Below, one piece after another: positions 9,148 to 17,947 of a DNA stretch of 64,000 nucleotides (the stretch's first letter is position 1; each line of letters begins with the position of its first letter). This stretch comes from Pseudomonadota bacterium (lineage in GTDB: Bacteria > Bdellovibrionota_C > UBA2361 > OMII01). The notes under the pieces are model-generated. The model did not search any database, was not told the origin of the DNA, and was given only the letters and a program-made list of their open reading frames with translations. The stretch covers positions 133,573-197,572 of the forward strand of contig JAYPVM010000004.1 of assembly GCA_038134595.1 (NCBI GenBank), read 5' to 3'. The position numbers and the translations under genes are program-made.

Positions 9148-10113
9148 ATGGGTAGGACTCCTCGTACCGTAACGTTATTTTTCTCGTCTGCAATCGCCTT
9201 TCTACTTGTGTTTGTTCCAGTATTAGCACTGGCGAATCGAGCCCGTTTTTGGTGGCAAGAGCTCATCGTTAATCATGCCCTTTGGCTGCTTGTCTCGAGT
9301 GTTGCAGCGGTGTCCTACCTTTGCCTAAGAAGTAGGCCTGGAATAGCGTATCGTTGTGTGCAGGCAGTTTCATTGATGCTACTGGTATATCATGTGGTAT
9401 TTGTGGGGCACCTACTACTGCCGTATGTTACCGGAGCCCTTCGGCAGGTCGACGATGACCGGGAGCGGGTGTCCTTAGCATATATACAGCGCTTTTCTTC
9501 CCTTCCTGATTTACTTGAGTTTAGCATCCGTTTTAATCCTCACATTCTCATTGCCCAGGACTTTCCTATTTCTAAGGTAGCCGCTGTAAAGGAACGTTTC
9601 CCACACATAAGGGTTGCTTCTGGTGATAATATCCGAGGGATTTTAATTGCTTCAACATTCTCTGTTTCCGACGATATTGCTACGAATCTAGGCGTGGGTG
9701 CTTACCCTGGAATGGTGGTGAGAATACAAGTTAATCAAACATTCGCGCCCCTTTTGGGGGTCTTAGCTCTAAAGCCCTCGAGGAATCAAGAGAGCTTAGA
9801 GCGAAATCGAATTACGTCTCGACGTTTAGCCTCTGTAATGCGAAATGGCGTAGGTCCGCGAATGGCGCTACTCGACCTATCGACAACCCCCTGGTCCCAG
9901 TTTTCGTATATTTTTCAGGAGCAGACCGATATGAAATCCATGCTCGAGCATCTTGGTTGGCGTGAATATATTGCTATCGGTAGGCCATACGGAATTAAGA
10001 CCTTACACAATATCTTCGCTTCTCCTGAATTTAACTGTATCAGAGCGATGCCGGAAGGAATTCAAGACGAACGTATGTTGGTCTCCTGTCAGGTGCCAGA
10101 ATACTCTGACTAG
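9148..10113 (+). CDS. Membrane-anchored endonuclease/exonuclease/phosphatase (EEP)-fold protein, degenerate
   Basis: Three N-terminal TMs, then NPHILIAQD, GILIAS, LDLSTTPWS resembling the EEP motifs of YafD-like proteins. Confidence 0.55.
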   Translation: MGRTPRTVTLFFSSAIAFLLVFVPVLALANRARFWWQELIVNHALWLLVSSVAAVSYLCLRSRPGIAYRCVQAVSLMLLVYHVVFVGHLLLPYVTGALRQVDDDRERVSLAYIQRFSSLPDLLEFSIRFNPHILIAQDFPISKVAAVKERFPHIRVASGDNIRGILIASTFSVSDDIATNLGVGAYPGMVVRIQVNQTFAPLLGVLALKPSRNQESLERNRITSRRLASVMRNGVGPRMALLDLSTTPWSQFSYIFQEQTDMKSMLEHLGWREYIAIGRPYGIKTLHNIFASPEFNCIRAMPEGIQDERMLVSCQVPEYSD

Positions 10114-10361
10114 TTGATGTCAACTTGGAGTGAGTCTTAAAACTGCTGTAGTTGGTTTTTAGACTGGATGAATGCGGCCTTGCAAGGTGAGAACGATGGC
10201 GGTTGGTGATGATGGCCGCAGACGCTAGTACAGATAAATTGTGTTATGATTTAGAGCATGTTGCCCTCAAATTTTTGAAATATCACAGCATCTTCACAAG
10301 ATAGTACGGTGTTTGAAATCTTGGTATTGAGTCAGTGGGTCCTTTGGACGATACGTCCTGT

Positions 10362-12320
10362 ATGGATTTATTATACGAGCTTCCATTATCAAATCAGACA
10401 CTGCTCGGTGCATTTATGTTGCCCTTTGTTTTCTATGGGTATCAAGCGCGCTATTGGTACGACGAAAAAAAATTAGCACTTTACGATTTTGTTCTCCAAG
10501 TTGTGGCAAGCATCTCGGCAATTGTTTTAGTGGTGAGGATATACAGCGCAGTTATAAATGGAGAGCGTGGTATCATCGAATTAGCACTTCTTCACTTTGC
10601 ACCGGTGGTTCTTACCTTTCTGGCTATGAATAGAAATAATCGCAGTGGACACGGAGTGATTGCAACAACCTCTCCTACTGTCAAGCAAGAGGATAGTGGC
10701 TATAGCCCTGAGGCCAAAAATGACCAGATCGAAGCGATGGCCTGGGATGATCTCATTATAGATAGAGGGACTAAGGAGGAGTTAGAATCTGTCATTGACC
10801 TTCTCAAGAAACCTCAACTGGCAGAGGATTATGGAATAGCGTTACCGAAGGGGATTTTATTTAATGGCCCGCCGGGTACGGGAAAAACTACTATCGCAAA
10901 AGCTGTTGCAACTAAGGCAGAGTTAAGTTTTTACGTCCTTAGAGCGAGTGATATCGTTTCGAAATGGGTAGGAGACTCCGAGAAAAATTTAACAAAGCTT
11001 TTTTCTCAGGCTCAATCCAATTCGCCCGCACTCATTTTCATCGATGAGATCGATTCAATAGGTAAAAAGCGATCTGACTCGAATGCGGCCCATGCCGACA
11101 ATTTATTAAACCATCTTCTGCAGCTAATCGATGGAGTGATAAAAACTGAAGGCATCTACATTATTGCCGCGACCAATCGCGCAGAGCTGGTGGATGATGC
11201 TCTTCAACGTGCTGGAAGACTAAACAGAGTTATTGAAATTCCTCTGCCGGATGAGGAATCGCGCCGCAAGTTATTTCATGTGTACACAAGAAAACTTAAG
11301 CTTGCCTCGGATGTTGATATCGACATCCTAGTAGAAGTCACGGATGGAAATTCCGGAGCTGATATCAAAGCGATCTGCAATCAAGCTGGCCTACAAGCTT
11401 TTCAGCGGGAGCAGCGGGCTCCGGCATCTAGTCGGACACACATGATTACTAGTCAGGATATGCAAGAAGCTTTAGACATGTTTATTGTTGAAGAGGATGA
11501 TGATTTTCTCGAAGACGATACTAAACCCCGTGCTCCACAAGCTCTTAATGGTCAAGTAGAGAAAATAACGTGGAATGATATCATCATCGATATTGAGCTC
11601 GAACGAGAGCTCAAAAGTGTTGTGGAGCTTTTGCACGATCCAGCCGCTGCGCAAGCCTATGGTATTAAAGTCCCGAAGGGAATTCTACTCAATGGGCCTC
11701 CTGGGACGGGAAAGACGACTCTGGCAAAAGTGGTTGCCAATGAAGCGTCGCTAGCATTTTTTTCGTTGCAAGCTGACGAGGTGATTTCAAAGTGGGTCGG
11801 TGAGTCTGAAAAGAACCTCACCCGTTTGTTTAAGGCAGCGGCAAAATCAGCACCCGCGATCATATTCATTGATGAAATCGATTCAATCGCCAAGAATCGA
11901 TCGGAGGGGAATGCGCAGCATGCAGATAATCTCTTAAATCATCTCCTGCAGTTGATAGATGGTGTTGTTTCTCGAGAAGGGATTTATATTATTGGCGCCA
12001 CCAATCGAGCAGACCTCGTTGACCCCGCGCTGAAGAGGGGTGGGCGGCTTAATAAAGTGATCGAAGTCCCGCTTCCATCGCAAGCTGCTCGGCAGGAGTT
12101 GTTTAAGATGTTTCTTTCTAAATTACCACTATCTGAGATGGTTGACATTGAAGATCTTGCTCGTAGAACCGAGGGGCATTGCGCGGCGGATATTAAAGAG
12201 GTTTGCAATCAGGCTGGACTGAATGCATTCAAAAGAGAATCTGCCAACGGAACGAGAGAACATACTGTGACTCCAGCTGATCTCGATGCGGCTGTTCGTG
12301 AGTGGAGTTCGAGCCGATAA
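10362..12320 (+). CDS. Membrane-anchored tandem (D1-D2) AAA+ ATPase, Cdc48/VAT-like
   Basis: About 3 hydrophobic N-terminal helices; two complete AAA modules (GPPGTGKT, SKWVG[DE]SEK, IFIDEID, ATNR, SRH RxGR); alternative start GTG 10335. Confidence 0.92.
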   Translation: MDLLYELPLSNQTLLGAFMLPFVFYGYQARYWYDEKKLALYDFVLQVVASISAIVLVVRIYSAVINGERGIIELALLHFAPVVLTFLAMNRNNRSGHGVIATTSPTVKQEDSGYSPEAKNDQIEAMAWDDLIIDRGTKEELESVIDLLKKPQLAEDYGIALPKGILFNGPPGTGKTTIAKAVATKAELSFYVLRASDIVSKWVGDSEKNLTKLFSQAQSNSPALIFIDEIDSIGKKRSDSNAAHADNLLNHLLQLIDGVIKTEGIYIIAATNRAELVDDALQRAGRLNRVIEIPLPDEESRRKLFHVYTRKLKLASDVDIDILVEVTDGNSGADIKAICNQAGLQAFQREQRAPASSRTHMITSQDMQEALDMFIVEEDDDFLEDDTKPRAPQALNGQVEKITWNDIIIDIELERELKSVVELLHDPAAAQAYGIKVPKGILLNGPPGTGKTTLAKVVANEASLAFFSLQADEVISKWVGESEKNLTRLFKAAAKSAPAIIFIDEIDSIAKNRSEGNAQHADNLLNHLLQLIDGVVSREGIYIIGATNRADLVDPALKRGGRLNKVIEVPLPSQAARQELFKMFLSKLPLSEMVDIEDLARRTEGHCAADIKEVCNQAGLNAFKRESANGTREHTVTPADLDAAVREWSSSR

Positions 12321-12348
12321 TTACCGACAACTGCCAGGCTTGAATCTA

Positions 12349-12765
12349 TTAGTATCGAATGCCCCCACGCATTCCGGAACCGATCCCCGCTGAGCGAGAA
12401 GTTGATCCTCCAGATCGGCGAATGCTACGCCCTGAGTTTTGTATTGAAGCTCTGTAGGCTCTGTTGATTAAGGAATTACCCGTCCGGCGTTGCAAAATGA
12501 TGTCCCGTAGCATTCTTCTTCGCTCCTCGGTCGTAATAACATCGTCGTAGGAATTTTTTTCATATCCGACGTTGGGAAGAATGTTTTTACGAGTGCCGCC
12601 AAATTGTTCAAGAGCCCCACCGCGATCTGTTTGGCCCGAAAGGCTATCTGTACACCCGAAACTCGTTACAGCGTCTCCATAACATTGAGCCTTGAGGGGA
12701 TTGGACGGCACGAAGATACCGAAAGCTGTAGTGATGAACAGACTAGCAATAATTCTATATTTCAT
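12349..12765 (-). CDS. Hypothetical exported protein with Arg/Gly/Ser-rich C-terminus
   Basis: MKYRII signal-like N-terminus from ATG 12765; CYGDAVTSFGC Cys pair. Confidence 0.6.
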   Translation of the reverse strand: MKYRIIASLFITTAFGIFVPSNPLKAQCYGDAVTSFGCTDSLSGQTDRGGALEQFGGTRKNILPNVGYEKNSYDDVITTEERRRMLRDIILQRRTGNSLINRAYRASIQNSGRSIRRSGGSTSRSAGIGSGMRGGIRY

Positions 12766-12970
12766 ATGCGAAAAACTCCGGTTACTAACTGTCTCTACAT
12801 TATACATGATACTGGTTTCTTACTGAAGTGGGCTTCAGGTACGTAGGCATAGACCAGGTGAGGTAATGAGGGTTTGAAATAAAAGAGGTGTAATTCTGGG
12901 GTGTTACGAGGGTGAGTTGGGCGCATCCCCTAATGGATAGGGACGTGGCATATGCCGAGCATAGCTTTGT

Positions 12971-12986
12971 TGGCAAATAGTTTGCA
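12971..12986 (+). promoter_or_regulatory. Putative sigma54 -24/-12 promoter of flgE
   Basis: TGGCA-AATAGT-TTGCA with exact GG-N10-GC spacing, 70 nt upstream of flgE ATG. Confidence 0.6.
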
Positions 12987-13056
12987 TGAGAACCAGGTGA
13001 AACAAACGATCGGCAAGGATTGCCGATAGGTAACACGATCAATTGAAAGAGGAAGC

Positions 13057-14319
13057 ATGAGGCTTGAATCTGCCTTTCGCGCAAGTCGCGAAGGACTTAC
13101 CGCACACGGTCAGGCTATCTCCGTAATCGGAGATAACATCGCTAATGCCAACACAACAGCGTTTAAACGGCAAAGGGCTGAGTTCACGTCCTTATTAAGT
13201 GATAAAGTCAACGATCGCGGCTCAGAAGTAGTTGCTGGGGTAGGTGATGGTGTTGCGATTGGTCGAGTGCGGGTAAATTTTGAGACGGGCCCTGCCTTGG
13301 TTACAGGTAGGGAGCTTGATGTGGCAATTAGTGGCCGAGGTTTCTTTCTCGTGGGCGATGCCGCGGGCCCAACGTTAACGAGGGCCGGTAACTTTCAAAT
13401 GAGTGAAGAGGGGCTCTTAGTTACATCTGAAGGACTACCGGTATTGGGATATACTGGGATTGATAATGAAATCATCGGAACGATTAATCTCCGAGATCTC
13501 GATGCCCAACCGATTCCAACGAATACAATGCAAGTGTTTGGTAACCTCGAAGCTGCGACAGTCTTAAGTACACCTCCAGCTAATGCCATTACCTTTCAAG
13601 AGATTAGCGGAGCAGCAAGTTTCATCGCCACTCAAAGCGTTTATGATGCCGCAGGCGAACGACATGATATACAGTTGGCCTTTTTTAAAACCAATGTGAA
13701 TGAATGGGGTGTGCAGGCCTATGTAAACGGTGCTGATGTCGGACAGGAAGTTGACCAGCCTGTGCTCCTCGGTGAAGCTACACTTGCCTTTAATCAGTTT
13801 GGCCAAATACTAGAAGAGAATACACAACAGGCAACGCTTGCTTTAAATCCTACGTGGGGAAATGGTGCCGCACAAAATCCCATAACTATTTTATTGGGCG
13901 AGTTTACGCAATTCGCTGGGGGCTCGCGCGTCACCAATGTCACCCAAGATGGTAGAGGGAATGGAGATGTTGTTTCGTACCAGATTAATGATGATGGAGA
14001 AATTTTCGGAGTTCTTAATACCGGTTTGAGTGTGCAAGCGGGCTCTCTGGCCTTGGGGCTTGTGACAAGTACCGAGGGACTAGCTAGAGAGGGAGCAAAC
14101 TACTTCTCTGTGACAGCTGAGGCAGGTGATCTAGAGATAGAGCGCGCCAGAGTTGGGGGACGCGGTGTTATTCAAGAGGGAGCTCTTGAGTCATCTAATG
14201 TAGACCTTCCAGAGCAGTTTAGTGATATGATTATCGTTCAGCGAGGATATCAGGCAAATTCTCAGGTGCTTTCAGCCGCTAGCGATTTATTGAAAAGCAC
14301 TATCGCAATGGTACGCTAA
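13057..14319 (+). CDS. flgE: Flagellar hook protein FlgE
   Basis: VIGDNIANANTTAFK, TGRELDVAISGRGFF, LTRAGNF, VYDAAGERH, GALESSNVDL...IIVQRGYQANSQV. Confidence 0.93.
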   Translation: MRLESAFRASREGLTAHGQAISVIGDNIANANTTAFKRQRAEFTSLLSDKVNDRGSEVVAGVGDGVAIGRVRVNFETGPALVTGRELDVAISGRGFFLVGDAAGPTLTRAGNFQMSEEGLLVTSEGLPVLGYTGIDNEIIGTINLRDLDAQPIPTNTMQVFGNLEAATVLSTPPANAITFQEISGAASFIATQSVYDAAGERHDIQLAFFKTNVNEWGVQAYVNGADVGQEVDQPVLLGEATLAFNQFGQILEENTQQATLALNPTWGNGAAQNPITILLGEFTQFAGGSRVTNVTQDGRGNGDVVSYQINDDGEIFGVLNTGLSVQAGSLALGLVTSTEGLAREGANYFSVTAEAGDLEIERARVGGRGVIQEGALESSNVDLPEQFSDMIIVQRGYQANSQVLSAASDLLKSTIAMVR

Positions 14320-14340
14320 GTTTTCTTAGCGTTTTGCAAT

Positions 14341-14530
14341 CTAGCAGGGTGGTGAAAAAAGGTTCCGTCGTGAACATTTTGAGAGTTTTGACGAAACGAG
14401 GCGGAGACGAAGAAAAAACCGGAGGCGTATCCACTGAGATACGTGCAAGGATTTTTTCTGCGACTCCAACGAATTTGCAGTCGAACTATCGAAATGTGTA
14501 ACAGGAAATCATTGTTCACTACCCTGCTAG
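14341..14530. mobile_element. MITE-like non-autonomous element, copy 2 (inverted relative to copy 1)
   Basis: CTAGCAGGGTGGTGAAAAA ... TTGTTCACTACCCTGCTAG; reverse complement aligns to 8011-8199 with about 12 differences counted by eye. Confidence 0.88.
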
Positions 14531-14575
14531 GTTCGATATCTACATCTGCTTTCTAGGAATCTGTGTCGTTAGTTT

Positions 14576-15862
14576 CTATGCTGACTGTAAGACCTCGGCG
14601 AGTTTGATAGTTTTCTCTCGTGTAACTTCCCAGCAACAGGTGTCTGCGATATTTTGGCTAAGGTGGGCAAATATCTGGGACTGCCTATCGAGAGCAGTTT
14701 GTAGCTCTGCATCGGGAGTTCCTCCTAAGAGCACAATCTGCCGATCGTTAAGAATCCTGCTTACTGCGCGAGAAATAATTTTTGTACACTGCATAAATTC
14801 CGACGTATGGAGTTTTGTATAGAGGCGAGAAACGCTTTTTGTGATGTCTATTGCTGGACGAACGCCAAGTTCTATCATCTCAGTTGATAGACAAATGTGA
14901 CCGTCAAGCAGGCTCTTTATCTCATCGGCCAGCGGGTCGATGTCATCTTCTTGATTTGTTAATACAGTATAGATAGCAGTTATCGACCCAGCTGATGCTC
15001 TGCCTGCGCGCTCGACTAATCGGGGCAATTGCGTATAGACCGAATTGGTATAGCCATGACGAACAGGAAGGTCTCCGGCACCGATGCTTGTTTCCCTCAC
15101 GGCACGAGCCATCCGTGTAAGAGAGTCAACGATAAGAAGCACATTTTTACCTTGGTCCCGAAAAAACTCAGCGATGGTCGTGGCAGTATACGGAGCGGTT
15201 TGTCGTAACAAAGAGGAGTCATCGCTGGTTGCTACTACCAATACGCTGCGCTTCATGCCTTCGGCACCGAGGATATCATCTATAAACTCCTGTACTTCTC
15301 GTCCGCGCTCTCCAACCAGAGCGACTACGATCACGTCAACATCAGCCTGTCGAGCTATTGAGGCTAGCAGTGTGGATTTACCGACACCGGCTGAGGCGAA
15401 TACACCGATTCGTTGTCCATATCCAAGCGAGCAAAATGCATCGATGGACCGGATTCCAGTGTGAAGTAATGTGTCAATCGGAGGGCGCCCTGATGCAGGT
15501 GGAGGTTTTGCATAAATTGAGCGTGCCTGCCCCGAAGAAACGACGTAGTCGCTCGATAGAGGCCTACCAAGGGGATCGATTGCCGCTCCCAAGAGATTTT
15601 CGCTAATAGGAATAGAGAGAGCTAGGCCTTGAGTGCGGATGGTAGCCCCAGGATAAACCCCTCGCGGCTCTTCAAAAAGAGCTATGTTAAAATACTCGTC
15701 TTGGAATGCTATTATTTGTCCAGCGATTGATTGATTTTCTCGTGTCGAAATCCAGCAAAGGTCACCTACGGATCCCTGGGGGATTCGAGCAGTGATGGAA
15801 TTTCCTTGAACAGAATGAATTGTCCCTGTGATAGTAAAACCCAAAGGCAGATTACCGTTCAC
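14576..15862 (-). CDS. sctN: FliI/YscN-family type III export ATPase
   Basis: TGIRSID, GQRIGVFASAGVGKSTLL, VGERGREV, DSLTR, LPRLVERAG, GSITAIYTVL, DPLADEIKSLLDGH, SVSR. Confidence 0.93.
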   Translation of the reverse strand: MNGNLPLGFTITGTIHSVQGNSITARIPQGSVGDLCWISTRENQSIAGQIIAFQDEYFNIALFEEPRGVYPGATIRTQGLALSIPISENLLGAAIDPLGRPLSSDYVVSSGQARSIYAKPPPASGRPPIDTLLHTGIRSIDAFCSLGYGQRIGVFASAGVGKSTLLASIARQADVDVIVVALVGERGREVQEFIDDILGAEGMKRSVLVVATSDDSSLLRQTAPYTATTIAEFFRDQGKNVLLIVDSLTRMARAVRETSIGAGDLPVRHGYTNSVYTQLPRLVERAGRASAGSITAIYTVLTNQEDDIDPLADEIKSLLDGHICLSTEMIELGVRPAIDITKSVSRLYTKLHTSEFMQCTKIISRAVSRILNDRQIVLLGGTPDAELQTALDRQSQIFAHLSQNIADTCCWEVTREKTIKLAEVLQSA

Positions 15863-16454
15863 CGATTTCTCCTGAATTATAGGATGTTATCTCCCTCGAT
15901 TCGGTAAAGAGGCTCTTCCAGTTAAATTCCACGCCACCTATGCCATCGGTAAGATGGAAGTCTTTATCGCCCGCTTGTGGATCTGGAACAAGTGAAATCT
16001 GCTGCGTGCAATCTGCTTTTAATTCTCTAATAATACCTTCAAAACGCGGATTATAATAAAGAGTGATCGGTCGGCGTGACCGAAGAATTGAAAGTCCTTG
16101 TGTAATCCATTTCTCAATATAGCTAATCTCTTCATTTGAAAGCCTCTCAACAACGCGAGTTGCTAGCGTCTGGGCTAGGCGCTGGGTGTCATCTGTAGCT
16201 AGCCTAAGAGTATCTTGATAGCAATCTTGAAGGCTATCAAGGACATGTTCGATATCTTGTCTGGCCTGTGCGACACCTGCGTCATATCCTTTTGCATGTC
16301 CTTGAGCGCGAGCCCACAGAGCGTACTGGAGCCGTCGTTTACGAGCTAAAGCTTGCTGTTCCGCCAAGGCTCTCCGGTGCTTGCTTTGAATGCTTCGAAA
16401 GACTTCAAATGTAAGATCAGGTCGAAGTGGAGAGGGGAGTAGCTTAACTTTCAT
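15852..16454 (-). CDS. FliH/SctL-like stator protein, divergent
   Basis: GHAKGYDAGVAQA GxxxG repeats, helical middle, YNP...VPDP...GGVE C-terminus; overlaps the start of the export ATPase. Confidence 0.65.
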   Translation of the reverse strand: MKVKLLPSPLRPDLTFEVFRSIQSKHRRALAEQQALARKRRLQYALWARAQGHAKGYDAGVAQARQDIEHVLDSLQDCYQDTLRLATDDTQRLAQTLATRVVERLSNEEISYIEKWITQGLSILRSRRPITLYYNPRFEGIIRELKADCTQQISLVPDPQAGDKDFHLTDGIGGVEFNWKSLFTESREITSYNSGEIGER

Positions 16455-16482
16455 TTCATAGCCATCAAAATACCTTGAGACG

Positions 16483-16635
16483 TGGTATTTTATTCTCGTC
16501 TCGTACGGCTAGCCGCATGTTTTTACCGATGCGGGTTGCTTGTAGGTAGTAATAGAATCGGAAAAGAGTGGAAATAGTTTACTCAGTATCAGGAAAAAAA
16601 GCGCGCTTTTGGTATTTTGTTCTCGTACGGCTGCC
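16483..16635. repeat. Dispersed direct repeat upstream of the fliH/sctL-like gene
   Basis: tggtattttattctcgtctcgtacggctagcc (16483-16514) and tggtattttgttctcgtacggctgcc (16610-16635). Confidence 0.65.
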
Positions 16636-16657
16636 TTGCTACAGCACTCTTAGCTGG

Positions 16658-17947
16658 CTATACACATGTTTGTGTAACATAATCGATTATTGCTTCATGT
16701 GCTTCTTTCAGATCGACTGGACTGGTGCAATATGGAGGCATGCAGTAAATTGTATTGCCCAGGGGACGTATCAGGACATTTTTAGTTCGAAAAAATTCCA
16801 CGATCTTGGTTTTCGCTGAATTAGTGTAAGAAGTCTCATCGCTTGTCTGTAGGTCAAACGCTAGTATAGTTCCCCGATAGCGCGGATTAAGCACAGAGTC
16901 ACACTGTGCAAGCTGCTCAACGCATTGTCGATTTTGTTCGGTAATTTGAGCCCGCTGTTTCTCGCAGTCTGTAGACATTGTCAGTTCAAGGCTTTTGAGT
17001 GCCACAGAGCATGCGATTGGGTTTCCCGTAAAGGTATGTCCATGAAAAAAGGTTCGAGTGTGGTCTTTTGACACAAATTCGTCGTAGATTTGTGCGGTGC
17101 ATAGCGTCGCTGAAAGGGGCATAGTTCCATTTGTAAGTCCTTTGGATAGGCAGAGGATATCCGGCGAATGCTTTAGTGTTAGACTGCTGAATAAAGGCCC
17201 TGTTCTTCCGAAACCTGTCATTACTTCATCTGCGATGCAGGGAATGTTGTGCTCTTTGCAGATTGATAGATACGAATTGATCGTATCCTCAGAGTACATT
17301 TTCATTCCCCCAGCCCCTTGTGCCAGAGGTTCATAAATGAATGCGGCAATAGTATTGCTGGAAACTAGGTCATGGAGTTTCTCGACATCGTCGGAGGAGC
17401 CTGCTGTCGATAGATATGAAACGTCGAACATCATTGCATTAAAGGGAGCGGAGAAAATTCCGCGCGCTCCTGCTGCCATAGCGCCAAACGTATCACCATG
17501 ATAAGCATCCTCAAGAGCGACAATAGTAGATCGTACCTCACCTTGGTTAAACCACCACTGGATCGCCATTTTTAGAGCGACTTCGACCGCTGTAGAGCCG
17601 TTATCTGAATAAAAAACCCTCTCAAACTTTCCCGATGTAGCCTCAAGTAGAGCCTCAGCGAGTTCGACAGCCGGCTCGTGAGTGCAGCCAGCGAACAAGA
17701 CATGATCTAGTTTTGCAAATTGTCTTGATGCGACTTCAACTAACTCGGGATGACAGTGCCCATGAAGATTGCACCACCATGAACTGATGGCGTCAAGGAG
17801 TTTGGTGCCATCACTAAGGTATAAGTAGGCTCCTGCGGCCCGTGAGATTACCAACAGCTCCTCATTTAGTCCGTGTTGGGTAAATGGATGCCACAGACTT
17901 TTTCTGTCTCGGTTTATAAGGTCATTAGAGGAGCTCGTACTATTCAA
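16658..17947 (-). CDS. bioA: Adenosylmethionine-8-amino-7-oxononanoate aminotransferase
   Basis: LWHPFTQ, DAISSWWCNLHGH, DNGSTAVEVALKMA, YHGDT, ADEVMTGFGRTG, SKGLT, FFHGHTFTGNP, IRPLGN. Confidence 0.96.
   Translation of the reverse strand: MNSTSSSNDLINRDRKSLWHPFTQHGLNEELLVISRAAGAYLYLSDGTKLLDAISSWWCNLHGHCHPELVEVASRQFAKLDHVLFAGCTHEPAVELAEALLEATSGKFERVFYSDNGSTAVEVALKMAIQWWFNQGEVRSTIVALEDAYHGDTFGAMAAGARGIFSAPFNAMMFDVSYLSTAGSSDDVEKLHDLVSSNTIAAFIYEPLAQGAGGMKMYSEDTINSYLSICKEHNIPCIADEVMTGFGRTGPLFSSLTLKHSPDILCLSKGLTNGTMPLSATLCTAQIYDEFVSKDHTRTFFHGHTFTGNPIACSVALKSLELTMSTDCEKQRAQITEQNRQCVEQLAQCDSVLNPRYRGTILAFDLQTSDETSYTNSAKTKIVEFFRTKNVLIRPLGNTIYCMPPYCTSPVDLKEAHEAIIDYVTQTCV

Noticed and set aside
10362..12320. 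Calling the membrane AAA ATPase FtsH
   Set aside because: It has two AAA modules, a KWVG rather than MFVG pore loop, and no HExxH M41 protease domain.
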